Origin: a virus
Strand: one strand, 5' to 3'
Length of the DNA stretch: 64,000 bases
Virus genome (UHGV): UHGV-0038498
The position numbers and the translations under genes were made by a program. Below, piece after piece: positions 60,884-64,000 of the stretch. The notes beneath the pieces were generated by a model. It was not told the origin of the DNA. It did not search any database and was given only the letters and a program-made list of their open reading frames with translations. How positions within the stretch are numbered: the stretch's first letter is position 1; each line of letters starts with the position of its first letter.

Positions 60884-62449
60884 TTAGATACCTTTAACAT
60901 ATACACGGCGGAAGTAAGCGTTTTTACCAAGGCTATTCAGAATAGAAGGCATACCGCTCTGGATGCGAGAAGCCGGAGCCTGAGCAGCGGATTCTGCAAA
61001 TGGGTTGATACCGATACCGTAACGAGTTTTGAATCCCATTACTGGTTGGAAGTTCTTCGGATCGGAACCACGCAGCGGAGTCAGAGCTACATATGGAGCG
61101 TAGTAAATACCAGCATCCATTTCGTTCGGACCTTTATAACCTACAGTGAAATAATCCTGTTTAGCATACTGGTCGATATATACACGGTATTTACCACCCA
61201 GAACACCAGCAAATACTGACTTGGTAGTATCAGTGTTAAAGCCGGTAGCCAGACCCTGTGCAGCATAAGAAATGCCAGTATCAACTGAAGCCAGAACGTT
61301 AACTACGTTACGGGAAGCGATAATGAAGTTACCTTCACCGCGACCGGTCTGACGAGCAATTTCAACTGCTTCTTTGTCAATCTGGAACAACAGAGCTTTA
61401 AAGGATTCACCCGCCCAGCGAGCACCACGAATATCAATCGGATCCTGGAAGTCAAATACACCAGCTTTAGAACCCGGAGTCAGGGTCATACCAGATTTAC
61501 CAACCTGAGCTGAGTAGTTAATCCAATCAACAACTTCGCGGTTGATTTCCAGCATGATTTCGGTAGCCAGAATACCAGACAGTTCAGCATCAGCATCCAT
61601 ACCGTGAACAGCGCGGAGGTCTTGTGCTAATTCGATAGAGTAAGCAGCTTTCAGCTGACGAGATTTAGCTTCAATAACTTGTTTATCGATACGGAAGCCC
61701 ATTTCATTCCATGGGTTATCGGTAGAACCGTTGAAACCTTCCTGAAGTTCAGCGATAGAAGTAGCCATACCTTCAGCGATTTCTACCAGTGCACCAGCTT
61801 CCATTTGTTTCTTAATTTCAGCATCTAATTTAGCTGCATCATCTGCAGTAGAACTAATTGTTACTTGAGCAGAAGCTTGCAGATACACAGTACCAGTGTC
61901 CTGGAAGAAGTGAGTATAGATATCACCTACTGTAGTTTGTGTGCTAGCAGCCAGAGCTGGGAATTTCTTAGCAGCACCCTGACCAGAGAACATTGCATCT
62001 GGACCATACATTGGGTGGAATGCTTCTTTAGCACCGGCAGCGATTGGGTCTTTACCATATACTGCGCGCAGTGCGAATACCTGGCCAGTCGGGCTGTTCA
62101 TCGGCTGAACACCGCAAATATCGAAAGCAATCAGGTTAGGAATAGCACGACGTACCATACCCATAACAGCTGGGCCAATCTGAGTTACTGCGCCAGAAGT
62201 CTGACCAGCAGCGATGTTAGTAGCGTTGTAACCGTGGTCACCACCGATTTCAGCTTCTGTTAAGAAAGAACCGAACGCCTGAGCGATTTTTTCGTCTTTG
62301 TATTCTGGAGCTGTCTGGAAATCTTTTTCCTGGTTTTCAAAGATTTTAGCGATAATCGCTTGTTTGCTATTAGCAATTTCCGGTAAACCTTCACCTTCCA
62401 GTAATGGCTTCCATTTGTTCAAAAGTTCAGCTTTAGTTTTGATAGTCAT
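60884..62449 (-). CDS. 23: major capsid protein gp23
   Basis: 521-aa ORF MTIKTKAELLNKWKPLLEGEGLPEIANSKQAIIAKIFENQEKDF... matching T4 gp23. Confidence 0.95.
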   Translation of the reverse strand: MTIKTKAELLNKWKPLLEGEGLPEIANSKQAIIAKIFENQEKDFQTAPEYKDEKIAQAFGSFLTEAEIGGDHGYNATNIAAGQTSGAVTQIGPAVMGMVRRAIPNLIAFDICGVQPMNSPTGQVFALRAVYGKDPIAAGAKEAFHPMYGPDAMFSGQGAAKKFPALAASTQTTVGDIYTHFFQDTGTVYLQASAQVTISSTADDAAKLDAEIKKQMEAGALVEIAEGMATSIAELQEGFNGSTDNPWNEMGFRIDKQVIEAKSRQLKAAYSIELAQDLRAVHGMDADAELSGILATEIMLEINREVVDWINYSAQVGKSGMTLTPGSKAGVFDFQDPIDIRGARWAGESFKALLFQIDKEAVEIARQTGRGEGNFIIASRNVVNVLASVDTGISYAAQGLATGFNTDTTKSVFAGVLGGKYRVYIDQYAKQDYFTVGYKGPNEMDAGIYYAPYVALTPLRGSDPKNFQPVMGFKTRYGIGINPFAESAAQAPASRIQSGMPSILNSLGKNAYFRRVYVKGI

Positions 62450-62467
62450 TTGTGTTAACCTTTAAAA

Positions 62468-63277
62468 TTAGAAACGAGATGCGACTTTCGCATATACACT
62501 TACAATATCTTCTGCACCAGGTGCAGCTTTATCTTCTACAGCTTCAGTGACGAAATTCAGTCCGGCTGCTTCAGTATCAGGAGTATTTATACCCTCAGTA
62601 ATAGTGCTTTCATCTTTATTAGACTTCTTCACCATTTCTACGATGGCACTCAATTTACTTGAGAATTCATCTGAATAATCCATACCTTCGACCAGAGCAG
62701 AGACTTTTTCTTTTTGAGACTCAGTCAGATCTTTAGTACTTTCGCTCAATGCCACTTCACGCTGCACATAATTGATATATGCGTCGCGCATATTGAGTTC
62801 TTCGAACAGACGAGCTGATTCTTCTTTATGTTCTTGCAGCTCTTCTTCCATTTCAGCTACAACATCAACTGATTCTTCTGGAACAACAACGTTGTGTTCA
62901 ACAAAGAGCTCTTTTAATCCACCAAGCATGGATTCAAACAGTTCGGCTTTGATGCCTTTATCAACTGCTAATTTATTTTCAGCGAGCCATTCTTTTGCAA
63001 GATGGTCGATGAATTTAGAAGCTTGCTCAGCGATTTTCTTCTCAGCTTTTTCTTCGGCTTCTTCTTTATTTTTTTCTACTTCTTCTTCTGCTTTTTCAGC
63101 AATTTTAGCGATATGAGATTCAGCTAATTTAACGGCGTGCTGCTTGACGGTAGCTTCGAATACAGTGCCGAAAGTTTCTTTTGCTTCCGGAGAAATATTA
63201 ACTGATTCGAAAATACTATCAAGAGCAACGGAAGCATCAATTTTTTGCGCTTCAGCAATCAGTTGTTCTTTAAGCAT
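62468..63277 (-). CDS. 22: prohead core scaffold protein gp22
   Basis: 269-aa acidic coiled-coil ORF (same length as T4 gp22). Confidence 0.9.
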   Translation of the reverse strand: MLKEQLIAEAQKIDASVALDSIFESVNISPEAKETFGTVFEATVKQHAVKLAESHIAKIAEKAEEEVEKNKEEAEEKAEKKIAEQASKFIDHLAKEWLAENKLAVDKGIKAELFESMLGGLKELFVEHNVVVPEESVDVVAEMEEELQEHKEESARLFEELNMRDAYINYVQREVALSESTKDLTESQKEKVSALVEGMDYSDEFSSKLSAIVEMVKKSNKDESTITEGINTPDTEAAGLNFVTEAVEDKAAPGAEDIVSVYAKVASRF

Positions 63278-63304
63278 TTTGTAGTCCTGTTGTTTAGATA
63301 ATAA

Positions 63305-63312
63305 TATTTATA
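63305..63312 (-). promoter_or_regulatory. late promoter (TATAAATA) for gene 22
   Basis: Exact TATAAATA on the - strand overlapping the gene 21 stop, 28-35 nt upstream of the gene 22 ATG. Confidence 0.55.
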
Positions 63313-63946
63313 ACGCTTTTTTCATGGCCTCTGCGAGAGCCATATAGGCGTCATCGGCACTTGTATCGGCTTCCGCCGTCTGTGATTCGGTAATTTCCTT
63401 AGGAGTTACCCATGCATCTGGAGCACTTGGACCCCATACTGCATCAACACCTACAGTTAATTTGAATCCTTCGTTTACGATACGATAACCTTTATTTGTG
63501 TCAGTCAATGAACCTAATCCACGAGAAGAAACTCCTGGAATCCATCCGGCACGAATATTAGCTGCTAATTTATCTCCAGGACCATGGTCACCTTCAATAA
63601 CACGAGCTCGTCCGTATACGTCATTTCCTTTCCACCACATATCTTCTATAATGATAGCGGCTTGCATTGGGTCAACATTAGCGCGTGGAGGATGATTTAA
63701 TTCTCCGAGAGCTTGTTTAGTTAAAACTTGCTCATTGATATAGTCTTTTACCGCTTTTTCTAATATGCGTTTTGGATAAAGACGTTTATTTCTATTGACG
63801 ACTTCCGCTTGCATGAATATTCCTTCGATGTATAAACCGGGTTTTAAACCGAGGTCTTTTCCATCATGAGATTCAAGCATTGGCACGCCATCAATAATTT
63901 CGCCAGGTTGACCCCAAGTTTCAATTAGTAATTGGGGTTCATTCAT
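63308..63946 (-). CDS. 21: prohead core protease gp21
   Basis: 212-aa ORF MNEPQLLIETWGQPGEIIDGVPMLESHDGKDLGLKPGLYIEG... matching T4 gp21. Confidence 0.92.
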   Translation of the reverse strand: MNEPQLLIETWGQPGEIIDGVPMLESHDGKDLGLKPGLYIEGIFMQAEVVNRNKRLYPKRILEKAVKDYINEQVLTKQALGELNHPPRANVDPMQAAIIIEDMWWKGNDVYGRARVIEGDHGPGDKLAANIRAGWIPGVSSRGLGSLTDTNKGYRIVNEGFKLTVGVDAVWGPSAPDAWVTPKEITESQTAEADTSADDAYMALAEAMKKAL

Positions 63947-64000
63947 TAGCTTAATCCTAATGCTTTACGGCGTTTAAGAGCTTTTTTACGCTTACGCTGA
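63946..64000 (-). CDS. 68: prohead core protein gp68, C-terminal fragment (gene continues beyond window)
   Basis: Open - strand frame ending ...QRKRKKALKRRKALGLS with stop overlapping the gene 21 start (TAATG); position as T4 gene 68. Confidence 0.45.
   Translation of the reverse strand, partial: QRKRKKALKRRKALGLS

Overview
This window is a contiguous segment of a T-even (T4-like, Tequatrovirus-type) phage genome, in reverse-complement orientation relative to the conventional T4 map. Gene order is collinear with T4: ndd-stp-ac-52-motA-arn-asiA on the + strand; lysis/long-tail-fibre block t-38-37-36-35-34 on the - strand; early/middle block rnh-dsbA-33-59-32-frd-td-nrdA-nrdB-denA-rnlA-alc-spanins-pseT-cd-31-rIII-30.x-30-alt on the + strand; baseplate hub 54-48-29-28-27-51 (-) and 26-25-uvsY (+); then uvsW, a SegE-like homing endonuclease, inh-hoc-rnlB (+) and head genes 24-23-22-21-(68) on the - strand. 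Gene identities rest on recalled T4 protein sequences, lengths and motifs, not on any database search. Regulatory punctuation is readable: exact TATAAATA late promoters, GTTTAC-type early promoters often in repeated promoter/stem-loop cassettes, MotA-box middle promoter candidates, and GC hairpin + T-run terminators. No tRNA, rRNA or CRISPR was seen. Features that depart from the T4 arrangement as I recall it: two tandem Alt-family ADP-ribosyltransferase genes; a diverged Dam-like methyltransferase between nrdA and nrdB; intronless td and nrdB; an extra coupled ORF between frd and td; a NADAR/YbiA-like ORF in the 30.x cluster; a small gene disrupted at an A-run; a T2-type gp38 adhesin with a gp37 carrying a cleavable C-terminal chaperone-like domain; and a short Hoc. 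No single wholly new multi-gene system is evident; the novelty is in these accessory insertions.
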